DNA from: Ignavibacteriota bacterium
GTDB lineage: Bacteria > Bacteroidota > Ignavibacteria > UBA10030
Length of the DNA stretch: 64,000 nt
Assembly (NCBI GenBank): GCA_963701295.1
Contig: OY969585.1
Span: 3,552,001-3,616,000, forward strand
Direction of reading: 5' to 3'
Each line of letters starts with the position of its first letter. Position 1 is the first letter of the stretch. Positions 1 to 8,892 of the stretch are shown in pieces. The position numbers and the translations under genes were made by a program. The notes beneath the pieces were generated by a model. It did no database searches, was not told the origin of the DNA, and saw only the letters and a program-made list of their open reading frames with translations.

Positions 1-302
1 CCTGCAACCAAGAGAGGCAGAATGACTCCGACGAACCACACTACCTTGTAGCTTAGTTGCAATAACAGAATCGGCGCATATTTGAGGGGAGCTCGTAGGC
101 CGAGTATAGCGAGAAGCCCGAATGATAGATACACACTACCAGTAATTCCAAGCGTGATTGGATCCCCGTTGGGTAGACTGAACACAGATTTCATCACCTC
201 GGGAACGGCGATTATCCCCAGCCCGATTCCTCCAGCTCCCACAATGGTGTAAATGTACATGAACTTCAGCCAACCCCATCGAACATCTCTCTCTTTGGAC
301 AT
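1..302 (-). CDS. Integron cassette membrane protein (partial, runs off window)
   Basis: ATG at 302 with upstream AGGAGG; hand translation MSKERDVRWGWLKFMYIYTIVGAGGIGLGIIAVPEV... is hydrophobic and open to the window edge; lies after the attC at 351-507. Confidence 0.75.
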   Translation of the reverse strand, partial: MSKERDVRWGWLKFMYIYTIVGAGGIGLGIIAVPEVMKSVFSLPNGDPITLGITGSVYLSFGLLAILGLRAPLKYAPILLLQLSYKVVWFVGVILPLLVA

Positions 303-350
303 TGTTATCCTCCTTTCGAAATTGGGTATTCTAATGCTCAGCATCGAGCG

Positions 351-507
351 GCCTAACGGATGGCAACTAAGCTGTCACGCTGAATATTTTCAATATACAC
401 AAAACGGAACAAGTTCATGTTGATAAGTTTATTATTAAACACAAAACCTCTACTCGCCATGCTTAACGTACCACGCTCATTTGGTCAGCTTGAGCCGATG
501 GTTAGGT
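351..507 (-). repeat. attC site (157 bp)
   Basis: GCCTAAC...TAAGCTG...CAGCTTGAG...GTTAGGT inverted R/L boxes, same pattern as the other six sites. Confidence 0.9.
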
Positions 508-712
508 TGCGTTTTGTTAATTTCCTTTTTATGTATATTTTTTGCCAACAACTACCTTTCATTTCTAAATAACGGCTAACAAAATGATGTCACGAATTTT
601 TGACTTCCTCCAATAAGCAAACAGAAACTGTCTATGAAGAAATGATGTCTCATGTGTAACAATTGTTTCTGCCGTTTAAGAAAGTTTATATATATCTTAT
701 TTAACATAGTAT

Positions 713-1693
713 TTATTCATTGAACACTTTAATAATCTTTGATACAGAATAAACAAAGAAATACCCAGCAGCTTTATTGGCAGGTTCAATGTTAGTCGGC
801 AGGTTTGTTGGTATTTTTAATTGGTCATATATATTATTATAATTAAATTCGTTGTTGCTAGTAGTATTGTTATCAAACTCTTTTAAAAATTCATATTGAT
901 CTTTATTAAAGTTAAGGCCAACAATACAGATAGTATCTCCTTCATTTATTATACTCATTTGCGGTTCTACCCAATAATCTACACGCCCATTTACAACTAA
1001 TCCAGGAGTATTCACCTTTTTAGTCTTATATTGAAATTCACGACTGGTAAGGTATCCACTTCCAAGTTCATCAGTTATAGTATAAAAACTTTTATTCTTT
1101 ACAATGACATAATAATATAAATAGTCTGGCCCATTATAAAATGTAGTATAATATCCACTATTCTTTACAGTACCTTCAATATTATCACCATTCATGCCAT
1201 AATAGGATGCCATTGAATCGAATCTAACCGGTACTGGCATCATCGTTTGAGCAGTATATATTTCATATTTTCCATCACCGTCAATATCAACATTAGAAAT
1301 ATTTAAAGTATATATATGCCCACCTATACCTCCAACTTTGCCTACTGTTTGATATAATCCAAGCGTGTCTTTATTTTCAATGTAATCAAATGTGTTTATG
1401 CCGTCAGTTACATATATTTTAGCGCCTGAAACAATTGTTTGGGGCCTGCCAGTGATAAGGCTGCCTGAACAATATAATCTAGTGCTGTGAACAATTGTAT
1501 CATTTGTAAATTCGCCATCAACCAGTAACCGTTTATCGTTTGTTTGAATTTCAATATTCATATCCTGTTCGCATGAACTGAAAAGAAAAGCTAATATTAA
1601 AAGACAGAAACAAAGAAGTATATTTTTAATAGGAATTATTCTTTCTGTATTGTAGATATATTTTTGAAACGTCATGTTGCGATACAGTATCAT
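713..1693 (-). CDS. DUF4249-type lipoprotein (cassette-borne partner of the TonB-dependent receptor)
   Basis: Lipobox-like FLFSSC, LLVDG motif, C-terminal PTNI...AGYF typical of DUF4249; follows a TBDR. Confidence 0.75.
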   Translation of the reverse strand: MILYRNMTFQKYIYNTERIIPIKNILLCFCLLILAFLFSSCEQDMNIEIQTNDKRLLVDGEFTNDTIVHSTRLYCSGSLITGRPQTIVSGAKIYVTDGINTFDYIENKDTLGLYQTVGKVGGIGGHIYTLNISNVDIDGDGKYEIYTAQTMMPVPVRFDSMASYYGMNGDNIEGTVKNSGYYTTFYNGPDYLYYYVIVKNKSFYTITDELGSGYLTSREFQYKTKKVNTPGLVVNGRVDYWVEPQMSIINEGDTICIVGLNFNKDQYEFLKEFDNNTTSNNEFNYNNIYDQLKIPTNLPTNIEPANKAAGYFFVYSVSKIIKVFNE

Positions 1694-1708
1694 AGAGTTT
1701 TTCGGAAA

Positions 1709-4090
1709 TTAAAAATTAAAACGATACGAAATAGACGGTACAAAACCTAACATAGATACACCTTTCGCATTGATAATGTTAGGATTATCTTGTGAAGTGA
1801 CAAAATCAACATATTGAATGTTGGCGTGGTTTAGAACATTGATAACGGAAATGTTCCATTCGCTATGATAGCGTTTGCCGGGAGTCTGTTCGCTTTTAAT
1901 GGTAAGGCTAATATCAAGCCTTTGATAGGTTGGTAAACGATAATCATTTCGATCAGAATATCCCGCTAATGTTTTGCCCCAGAGATTCATTATATAAATA
2001 GGAATAGTAGTAACCTGACCACTTTGATATCTGTAATTGGTTGAAACTGTTACTCGTTCTGAAATATTATAATTTAAGAACAAATCGAAGGTATGTGGCT
2101 TATCGAAAGGTGAAAGATAAGTTTGCCCGAAGTTAATATCGGGTATTGTACGAAAGCTTCGTGCATAGGTATAACTGACAAAACCATTTATTTTATCGAA
2201 ATTACTTTTTAGCATCAGTTCTGTACCATACGTGTAGCCACTGCCTGTTCGTAATTGTTCTTCAAAATTATAACTGGTTTTATTAATGGTATACATTGAG
2301 CTATTTTCCAGAAAGGTTGCACCGTCTTTATAATCAATAATATTGTTCATGTCTTTATAATAGCCCTCAATACTTGCTTCTAATAAATTATCTGAAAAAT
2401 ATTGTATATACCCTAGGCTGTATTGCGATGCTGTTTGTGGTTTTATATTATTGTCTGACGGAAACCAAATATCAAGAGGCCCTCCGCCATTTGTTTTCAT
2501 GAGCAATTGGTCTTGTTGGGTTGTGTATGTATAACTAGCTTTTAAGGATGAATTTTCAGATACCCTGTAATTAATGCCAAGCCTTGGTTCAACACTGTAC
2601 GAATTTGCATAGGTTTTGTTTTGGGCAACATAAAATGAATCGGCTACCTGATAATTCTGTAAATCATAAACCCAATGTCCACCGATATTTTGATATAAAC
2701 TTGCCCGTATACCATATTTAAAAGATAATGTTTCAGATATTTTTTGTTGGTTTGAAATATACAACGCATGATCGAAAACGCCTTGCTCAGAAACAACCCT
2801 ATTACTGAAAGGCTCTGATTGTGTAATGTTGTCAATGGCTGTTTCATTGCCTTCTAATTTACCGGGCATGAAATCCCTATAAGTCGTTGATGCACCAAAA
2901 TCAATTGTGTTATTGTTATCAGGATAATAATTATACTCAGCTTTCAGCGTAAATTGTTTAATCCCTGAGTTCCAACTATAATCTATAGAACCGTTGCCAT
3001 TGGAAGAATTATAAGCGTCAGAGTATTTGTAATTACTATATATAAAGGAAACATTGCTAAAAAGGTTTGGATTGTAAACATGATTCCAACGTGCAGACAT
3101 TGTGTTGTTATGATAATTAGCATTCAAACTTATCGTAGCATTGTCGTTACCAATGTATGAAGAAATATAAATGCGGTTTTTGCTGTCTAAAATTGCATTG
3201 AATTTACAATTTAGGTCGTAAAACGTTAAATCAACATTAGATTTTATGAGTTTATAAAGCCAGCTTAAATATGAAACCTTCCCCGATACAATAAAAGAAG
3301 CACGGTCATTAACAAGAGGCCCTTCAACACTTAAATCGGAACAAATAATTCCTAATCCTCCTGCCACGTTATAATTTTGCATGTTTCCATCTTTAAGCCT
3401 TATATCAACTATCGAGGACAAACGTCCTCCATAATTGGCTGGAATGTCGCCCTTGTAAATCCTTACATCGTTTACAGCATCATTATTAAATACGGAAAAA
3501 AAGCCCATCAAGTGCGAAATTTGAAATACAGGTGCATCATCGAGTAAAAAAAGGTTTTGGTCAATACTGCCTCCTCTTACACTAATTCCTGTACTCCTTT
3601 CATTTGCTCCCTGTATACCGGGCAATATTTGCAGCGAACGCATAACATCGGGCTCGCCCAGAAATACAGGTAATGCTTTTACATCATTATTTGTCATAGT
3701 CATTTGCCCCATTTGTGCTTGCGATAATTTGGCCTCGGGACTAGAACCGACAACCGTAACTTCACCTAATTTAATCGGCTGAGATGTGGCAAGTTTTATT
3801 ATTATGGTCGTGTCTTTACTTATTTTAAGGTTTATCGATTGGTCAACATAACCAAGGTAGTGTGCGAGAATTTTGCAGTCACCTTCATTTTGTGTGATGT
3901 TAAAGTATCCAAAAGCGTTTGTTGTGACACCTTTTTTGCTTACAGAATTTATTACATAACATCCTATTAAATTTTCACCACTTCCTTTATCTTGCACATA
4001 TCCATTTACAGAAAAAGTTTTTATGCTTTGCGAAAATACCGGCGAAAGAATAAAAAGAAAAATCAGGATTATATAGGTCTGTCTCATCAA
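1709..4090 (-). CDS. TonB-dependent receptor (CarboxypepD_reg N-terminus, plug, barrel), cassette-borne
   Basis: Signal peptide; TTNAFGYF; GEPDVMRSLQILPG; VRGGSIDQNL; YGGRLSS; C-terminal Phe. Confidence 0.92.
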   Translation of the reverse strand: MMRQTYIILIFLFILSPVFSQSIKTFSVNGYVQDKGSGENLIGCYVINSVSKKGVTTNAFGYFNITQNEGDCKILAHYLGYVDQSINLKISKDTTIIIKLATSQPIKLGEVTVVGSSPEAKLSQAQMGQMTMTNNDVKALPVFLGEPDVMRSLQILPGIQGANERSTGISVRGGSIDQNLFLLDDAPVFQISHLMGFFSVFNNDAVNDVRIYKGDIPANYGGRLSSIVDIRLKDGNMQNYNVAGGLGIICSDLSVEGPLVNDRASFIVSGKVSYLSWLYKLIKSNVDLTFYDLNCKFNAILDSKNRIYISSYIGNDNATISLNANYHNNTMSARWNHVYNPNLFSNVSFIYSNYKYSDAYNSSNGNGSIDYSWNSGIKQFTLKAEYNYYPDNNNTIDFGASTTYRDFMPGKLEGNETAIDNITQSEPFSNRVVSEQGVFDHALYISNQQKISETLSFKYGIRASLYQNIGGHWVYDLQNYQVADSFYVAQNKTYANSYSVEPRLGINYRVSENSSLKASYTYTTQQDQLLMKTNGGGPLDIWFPSDNNIKPQTASQYSLGYIQYFSDNLLEASIEGYYKDMNNIIDYKDGATFLENSSMYTINKTSYNFEEQLRTGSGYTYGTELMLKSNFDKINGFVSYTYARSFRTIPDINFGQTYLSPFDKPHTFDLFLNYNISERVTVSTNYRYQSGQVTTIPIYIMNLWGKTLAGYSDRNDYRLPTYQRLDISLTIKSEQTPGKRYHSEWNISVINVLNHANIQYVDFVTSQDNPNIINAKGVSMLGFVPSISYRFNF

Positions 4091-4424
4091 ATAATTTAAA
4101 TTTAAATTTAAATTTAACGGAGAATTTTTCTTTTTAGTATCAATAAAGCTTTAAATTTCATCGAAGTTCGGCTTGCACTTAACTATTTCAAAACGCAACC
4201 TAACGGATGGCAACTAAGCTGCGGCACTAAAAACCCTCAAGTTGCCGAAAACGAACCAAGTTTATTATAAAATATTTCAATCAATAATCCCTAAGCGCCA
4301 TGCGTAACATACAAACGCTCATACCGTCAGCTTGAGTTGCTGGATATTACCAAAAAGGAATCTCCCGATTATGTACATTGATAATTCTCTAGGTCACCAA
4401 CATCCACAATCTAAGGAGATTCCC

Positions 4425-5426
4425 ATGTATTACTCAGGTATCGATTTGCATTCTGATAATTGTTTTATCACCACTGTTGATGACACTGGTGCTGTCATCA
4501 AGCGACAACGTGTCGAGAATAACAATGAACGTGTTCTTGATTACTTCCACTCTCTGCCCGGTCCTCATCACGCAGTCGTTGAGTCTACCACAGGATGGTA
4601 CTGGCTCAACGATCTTCTCAGCGATCACGGCATCGAGCTTGTCCTTGCTCACGCCAAATATCTCAAAGCCATCAGTTATGCTAAAGTTAAAACAGATAAA
4701 GTCGATTCGCAAACTCTTGCTCTTCTCTTACGACAGGGACTCATTCCACGGGCTCACAAAATCAGCCGAGAACTACGCGGCCTGCGCGATACCATGCGTA
4801 TTCGTCTACGGCTCGTTCAGCAACGAACTGCCAGTCTTCTGCGTCTCTACAGTATTCAGACCAAATTTAACGGCTCTGTTCCGGATCCGTATCGTTTTCA
4901 ACTTGCTGTCTTGCAACATACCAGAGACACTTTTACTGCTCAGATCCTCTCGCTGGAAAAATCTCTCCATCCTGTGCTGATTCCCAACGACGATATTCAA
5001 CGGCTCTTGCACATTCCAGGTATCGGCAAGCTCACCGCATTCACGGTGTATCTTGAAATCGACGGCATTGAACGATTCGACTCCGATAAAAAGTTTGTCT
5101 CTTACTGCCGACTCGTCCCTGCTGCCGATAACTCCAATCGCTCTGTGCACCATCGCTCCAGCAAAGACGGCAATAAGTATCTCAAAATCGCCTTCTCCGA
5201 TGCCGCTGTTCATGCTATTCAGTACTATCCGGAATACAAACGCTTATTCCAGAAATTAGCTCGTCGCTCCAATGAGGCGACTGCGCGAACCGTCGTTGCC
5301 AAAGAACTTGCGAAGATTGTTTACTATGTCTTAAAAAACAAAACAATATATAAAGGTCTCAAAGGTCAGCCGATCAGCCGGCATAAATCTCAGCAGTGGC
5401 CGCGCCTCTCAAGCCCGCTTTCCTAA
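4425..5426 (+). CDS. IS110-family transposase/recombinase
   Basis: GIDLH, VVEST, KTDKVD (DEDD RuvC-like); IPGIG HhH; LVP..DNS..SKDGNKYL; RBS AAGGAG before ATG 4425. Confidence 0.95.
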   Translation: MYYSGIDLHSDNCFITTVDDTGAVIKRQRVENNNERVLDYFHSLPGPHHAVVESTTGWYWLNDLLSDHGIELVLAHAKYLKAISYAKVKTDKVDSQTLALLLRQGLIPRAHKISRELRGLRDTMRIRLRLVQQRTASLLRLYSIQTKFNGSVPDPYRFQLAVLQHTRDTFTAQILSLEKSLHPVLIPNDDIQRLLHIPGIGKLTAFTVYLEIDGIERFDSDKKFVSYCRLVPAADNSNRSVHHRSSKDGNKYLKIAFSDAAVHAIQYYPEYKRLFQKLARRSNEATARTVVAKELAKIVYYVLKNKTIYKGLKGQPISRHKSQQWPRLSSPLS

Positions 5427-5720
5427 CTGATCCCGACTGCGTCGGGATCGTTCGCTGGATTGGGAAGAGAGTGCGCTGTGCCGTGGTAATATCTGGAACA
5501 TCTCGCTCGACGAGATACGCTTTCACCATCGTTTCTTCAATGAGTGAATGTAAATCCGTAAACTGGTTTGGACGGCATTGCTCTGGTAATCGCCTGTCTA
5601 TTCGATAGAGAACGCGGCATCGGCACGGATTCGGTCGTCCTTAATGTTAAAGAACTCTGCATTCCGATTGCGCGGAACGCATCGGGAGTATATTATTTAC
5701 TTGACTCTTTCCTTTTTAAA
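5402..5720 (+). ncRNA. Putative bridge/seek RNA of the IS element (copy 1)
   Basis: Two predicted stem-internal-loop modules with segments matching the attC target (CCTAAC, GCTGG) and the donor junction (TGGTAATATC, TAAACTGG); ends are approximate. Confidence 0.75.
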
Positions 5721-5740
5721 CTGGTTATGTTGCAATTGTT

Positions 5741-7819
5741 TCATTTGAGCAAAACAAGTTTCTTCGTTTCAATAAATAAACCCACTTGTAAACGATAAAA
5801 GTAAATTCCGCTCGAAATAGTAGCCGCATTCCATTGACGTGCATGATTTCCTGTCGACATTTCTTCCGAAACCAGTGTTGCTACTTCTCTTCCTAAAATA
5901 TCAAACACCTTCAACGAGACAAAAGATCTATATGGAAGACTAAACGAAATAGTGGTCGACGGATTAAACGGATTAGGATAGTTTTGTTTAAGAGTGAAAT
6001 GCGTTGGTAAGTCGGTCGAATGTTTTACCACTGAAGTGATCACCTCCGACAACTGACGTCTCCAGACGCCGTCCCCAGTCCCTGCAAAAAGATTCGAATC
6101 GGATAAAGCAAGAGCTTGGACAAAATCGTTTGTTAATCCGGTATTGACTTGAGTCCAACTTGTACCATTGTTGGTAGAAAGAAAGACACCGTCATCCAAA
6201 GTTCCAGCAAAGAGAGTTGTACCGGATACAGCAAAAGCATTGATATAATTAGCGTAATTTCCTGTCAATCCTGAATTGACCGCAGTCCAGCTCGCGCCGT
6301 TGTTGGTAGAAAGAAATACACCACCGCCAGAAGTCCCTGCAAAAAGATTCTGGCCGGAAACTGCAAGAGCTAGAACGGTATCATTCGTCAATCCAGTGTT
6401 GACTTGAGTCCAATTTGTACCATTGTTAGTAGAAAGAAAAACGCCATAATAAGTCCCGGCAAAGAGATTCTGGCTGGAAACTGCAAGAGCTAGAACGGTA
6501 TCATTCGTCAATCCAGTGTTGACTTGAGTCCAATTTGTGCCATTGTTAGTAGAAAGAAAAACGCCATAATAAGTCCCGGCAAAGAGATTTGTTCCGGAAA
6601 GGGCAACAGTAGAGACATGAGTGTTCGTCGGTAACCCTGAATTAACAGCATTCCAGCTTGTACCGCTGTTGCTGGAACGAAAGACGCCATCCCTAGTCGC
6701 TGCAAAAAGATTCGAATCGGATAAAGTAAGAGCTTGAACAGTATCGTTCATCAATCCGTTATTGACTACAGTCCAGTTCGTGCCGTTGTTAGTCGAAAGA
6801 AAAACACCACCGCCTTGAGTCCCTGCAAATATTTTTTTATTGGAGATCGCGAGTGTTAAGACTTGAATATCTGTCAAGCTGGTATTAACATCAGTCCAAC
6901 TAATACCGCTATTGGTCGAAAGAAAGATGCCGGCGTCCCGAGTTCCTGCAAAGAGATTTGTACTGGAGACTACAAGAGCATTGACCCAATTGGACGTTAA
7001 GCCGCTATTAACCGCAGTCCAAGTCGTACCATTGGAAGTAGAAAGAAAGACACCTCCGTTCGGGTACGCAGCAAAGAGATTTGTGCCTGAGACTGCAAGA
7101 GCATTGACACCAGCATACTTTAAACCGGTGATGTCCCAGCCTGCGCCGTTATTGGTGGAAAGAAAAACGCCTCCGTTAGCTCCTGCAAAAAGATTTGTGT
7201 CGTAAGCGACAAAAGCATAGACATTAGTGTACGATAAACCGGTATTAACCCAACTTGTACCGTTGTTAGTGGAACGAAAGATACCACCAGAAGTTCCTGC
7301 AAAGAGATTCGTGTCAAAAGCGGCAAGTGTCCATACACAGGTATTCGTCACGCCGGTATTAACCCAACTTGTACCGTTATCACTGGAACGAAAGACGCCG
7401 CTCCAAGTCCCTGCAAAAAGATTCCCGCTAAATACTGTAAGAGCTGTAATAAAATTGTCTGTCAATCCGGAATTGACCGCAGTCCAGCTCATGCCGTTGT
7501 TAATAGAGAGAAAGACACCCCCGCCAGAAGTCCCTGCAAAGATATTCTTTCCAGAAACTGCAAGAGAAGAGACTTCATTATTTGTCAAGCCATTGCTCGC
7601 CGCAATCCAGCTTGTACCGTTATTGGTAGAGAGAATGACACCACCGTCCCAAGTTCCTACGAAGAGATTCGTGTCTGACACGGCAAAGCAAGTTACGTCG
7701 GAGCTACCGACTCCTTTGGTTTGGATCCATTGAGCACGCAATTGATTTGTAGTTGTGAAGAAAACCAATAATACAAAGAGAAATCTGCTAGAACGGACAA
7801 TTCGGAAAATATTTTTCAT
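5741..7819 (-). CDS. Secreted beta-propeller (BNR-like repeat) protein with T9SS/FlgD-type C-terminal domain, cassette-borne
   Basis: ~14 repeats of LFAGT.GGVFLSTNNG.SW; C-terminal QNYPNPFNP...KKLVLLK; signal peptide from ATG 7819. Confidence 0.85.
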   Translation of the reverse strand: MKNIFRIVRSSRFLFVLLVFFTTTNQLRAQWIQTKGVGSSDVTCFAVSDTNLFVGTWDGGVILSTNNGTSWIAASNGLTNNEVSSLAVSGKNIFAGTSGGGVFLSINNGMSWTAVNSGLTDNFITALTVFSGNLFAGTWSGVFRSSDNGTSWVNTGVTNTCVWTLAAFDTNLFAGTSGGIFRSTNNGTSWVNTGLSYTNVYAFVAYDTNLFAGANGGVFLSTNNGAGWDITGLKYAGVNALAVSGTNLFAAYPNGGVFLSTSNGTTWTAVNSGLTSNWVNALVVSSTNLFAGTRDAGIFLSTNSGISWTDVNTSLTDIQVLTLAISNKKIFAGTQGGGVFLSTNNGTNWTVVNNGLMNDTVQALTLSDSNLFAATRDGVFRSSNSGTSWNAVNSGLPTNTHVSTVALSGTNLFAGTYYGVFLSTNNGTNWTQVNTGLTNDTVLALAVSSQNLFAGTYYGVFLSTNNGTNWTQVNTGLTNDTVLALAVSGQNLFAGTSGGGVFLSTNNGASWTAVNSGLTGNYANYINAFAVSGTTLFAGTLDDGVFLSTNNGTSWTQVNTGLTNDFVQALALSDSNLFAGTGDGVWRRQLSEVITSVVKHSTDLPTHFTLKQNYPNPFNPSTTISFSLPYRSFVSLKVFDILGREVATLVSEEMSTGNHARQWNAATISSGIYFYRLQVGLFIETKKLVLLK
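6355..6589. repeat. Near-perfect 120-bp in-frame tandem duplication
   Basis: Lines at 6361/6481 and 6421/6541 are nearly identical. Confidence 0.9.
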
Positions 7820-7857
7820 ATGTTCATCTTTTGTGAAATGGTAAAATATCAATTGCA

Positions 7858-8011
7858 ACATAACGGACCGGCGCTAAGCTGCGGCGCTGATAATTTTCAA
7901 TATCTACTAAACGAAATGAGTTCATGCTGGTTCTTTCAAATTACACCAAGCCTTTGCGCGCCATGAATTTTGCACTACGCTCATTCCGTCAGCTTGAGCG
8001 CCTGGTTAGGG
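7858..8011 (-). repeat. attC site (154 bp)
   Basis: ACATAAC..GGCGCTAAGCTGCGG ... CCGTCAGCTTGAGCGCCTGGTTAGGG. Confidence 0.92.
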
Positions 8012-8023
8012 CGCAGCTACATA

Positions 8024-8052
8024 TTGACAATGTATACTCATTGTAGTATATT
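8024..8052 (+). promoter_or_regulatory. sigma70-type promoter of the TA operon with overlapping palindromic operator
   Basis: TTGACA (8024-8029)-17 bp-TATATT (8047-8052); IR ACAATG-N6-CATTGT at 8027-8044. Confidence 0.8.
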
Positions 8053-8057
8053 TACTT

Positions 8058-8339
8058 ATGAACATCATCTGGGATGAAGAGAAAAACAACAAACTAAAGA
8101 AAGAACGCCACATTTCGTTTGAAGAAATCGAATCATTAATATTGGCAAAGAAATATATAGAAATAGTGAAACATCCAAAACGTATTGGCCAGAGAGTTTT
8201 TATAATTCCAATTAAAGGATATGTACACGCTGTACCGTTCTTGTTAGATGATGACAACAATATTGTTTTGAAAACTGCGTTTCCAAGTCGGAAATTTCAT
8301 AAAAAATATGGACAAAAGAACAATGAAAACAAAACTTGA
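8058..8339 (+). CDS. BrnT-like type II toxin
   Basis: WDEEKN.KLK.ERHISFEEI; VPF...IVLKTAFPSRK; upstream of an RHH partner. Confidence 0.85.
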   Translation: MNIIWDEEKNNKLKKERHISFEEIESLILAKKYIEIVKHPKRIGQRVFIIPIKGYVHAVPFLLDDDNNIVLKTAFPSRKFHKKYGQKNNENKT

Positions 8340-8622
8340 TAAATACGAAAAAGAAATAGAACGATCCGCTAATTCCTACCATTCAGTATCGAAAAATGAG
8401 CGGAACAAAATAGAAGGCGTCTTAGATCGCATAAGAAAAACTAGAAACGTAAATATTCGCCTTTCTGAATCCGTCTTGGAACAACTGAAACGACGTTCCC
8501 GTGAAGAAGGAATCCCTTATCAGACACTTATTTCTAGTGTTTTGCATAAATTTGTTACCGATCGTCTTATAGACGAAGCCGCTATAAGAAAGTCTGTACG
8601 ACTGCTTCATTCTGCCCAATAG
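8323..8622 (+). CDS. CopG/BrnA-like RHH antitoxin
   Basis: VNIRLS...EGIPYQTLISSVLH; overlaps the toxin. Confidence 0.85.
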   Translation: MKTKLDKYEKEIERSANSYHSVSKNERNKIEGVLDRIRKTRNVNIRLSESVLEQLKRRSREEGIPYQTLISSVLHKFVTDRLIDEAAIRKSVRLLHSAQ

Positions 8623-8662
8623 CCCCACAATAACTTCAGTTAATATTGGATTATGCTGCGCT

Positions 8663-8861
8663 GCCTAACGGATGGCAACTAAGCTGACGCACTGATAACT
8701 TTCAAAATGTACTGAACGAAACTGGATTTCATGCTGAATACAAAATTAATTAATACTAAAGTTATGAAGTACAATAAACGTATTAATAAAAACGATAACC
8801 CACCACCAGCCATGCGCAACGTACCCGGCTGGCAACCGTCAGCTTGAGCGCCTGGTTAGGC
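8663..8861 (-). repeat. attC site (199 bp)
   Basis: GCCTAAC...TAAGCTGACG ... CCGTCAGCTTGAGCGCCTGGTTAGGC. Confidence 0.9.
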
Positions 8862-8892
8862 AGCATCCATCGATCAACCGCCAGCGAGGTGT

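Larger units (their letters stand above)
4344..5724 (+). mobile_element. IS110-family (IS1111-like) element, copy 1, inserted in attC
   Basis: CTGG core on both sides (4340-4343 and 5721-5724); sub-terminal IR AAAAAGGAA/TTCCTTTTT; long 3' non-coding region; matches 10749-12129. Confidence 0.92.
4198..5730 (-). repeat. attC site interrupted by IS (reconstitutes to 152 bp)
   Basis: ACCTAAC at 4198, CAGCTTGAGTTGCTGG to 4343, IS, then (G)TTATGT at 5724-5730. Confidence 0.85.

Noticed and set aside
4332-4424. N-terminal extension of the transposase ORF (TTG 4332; also 10737)
   Set aside because: It starts outside the IS, within attC; the RBS supports ATG 4425/10830
5396-5798. Short ORFs in the IS 3' region
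   Set aside because: They overlap the structured RNA, and one crosses the element boundary with different endings in the two copies
6912-7733. Plus-strand repetitive ORFs
   Set aside because: Antisense shadows of the propeller repeats
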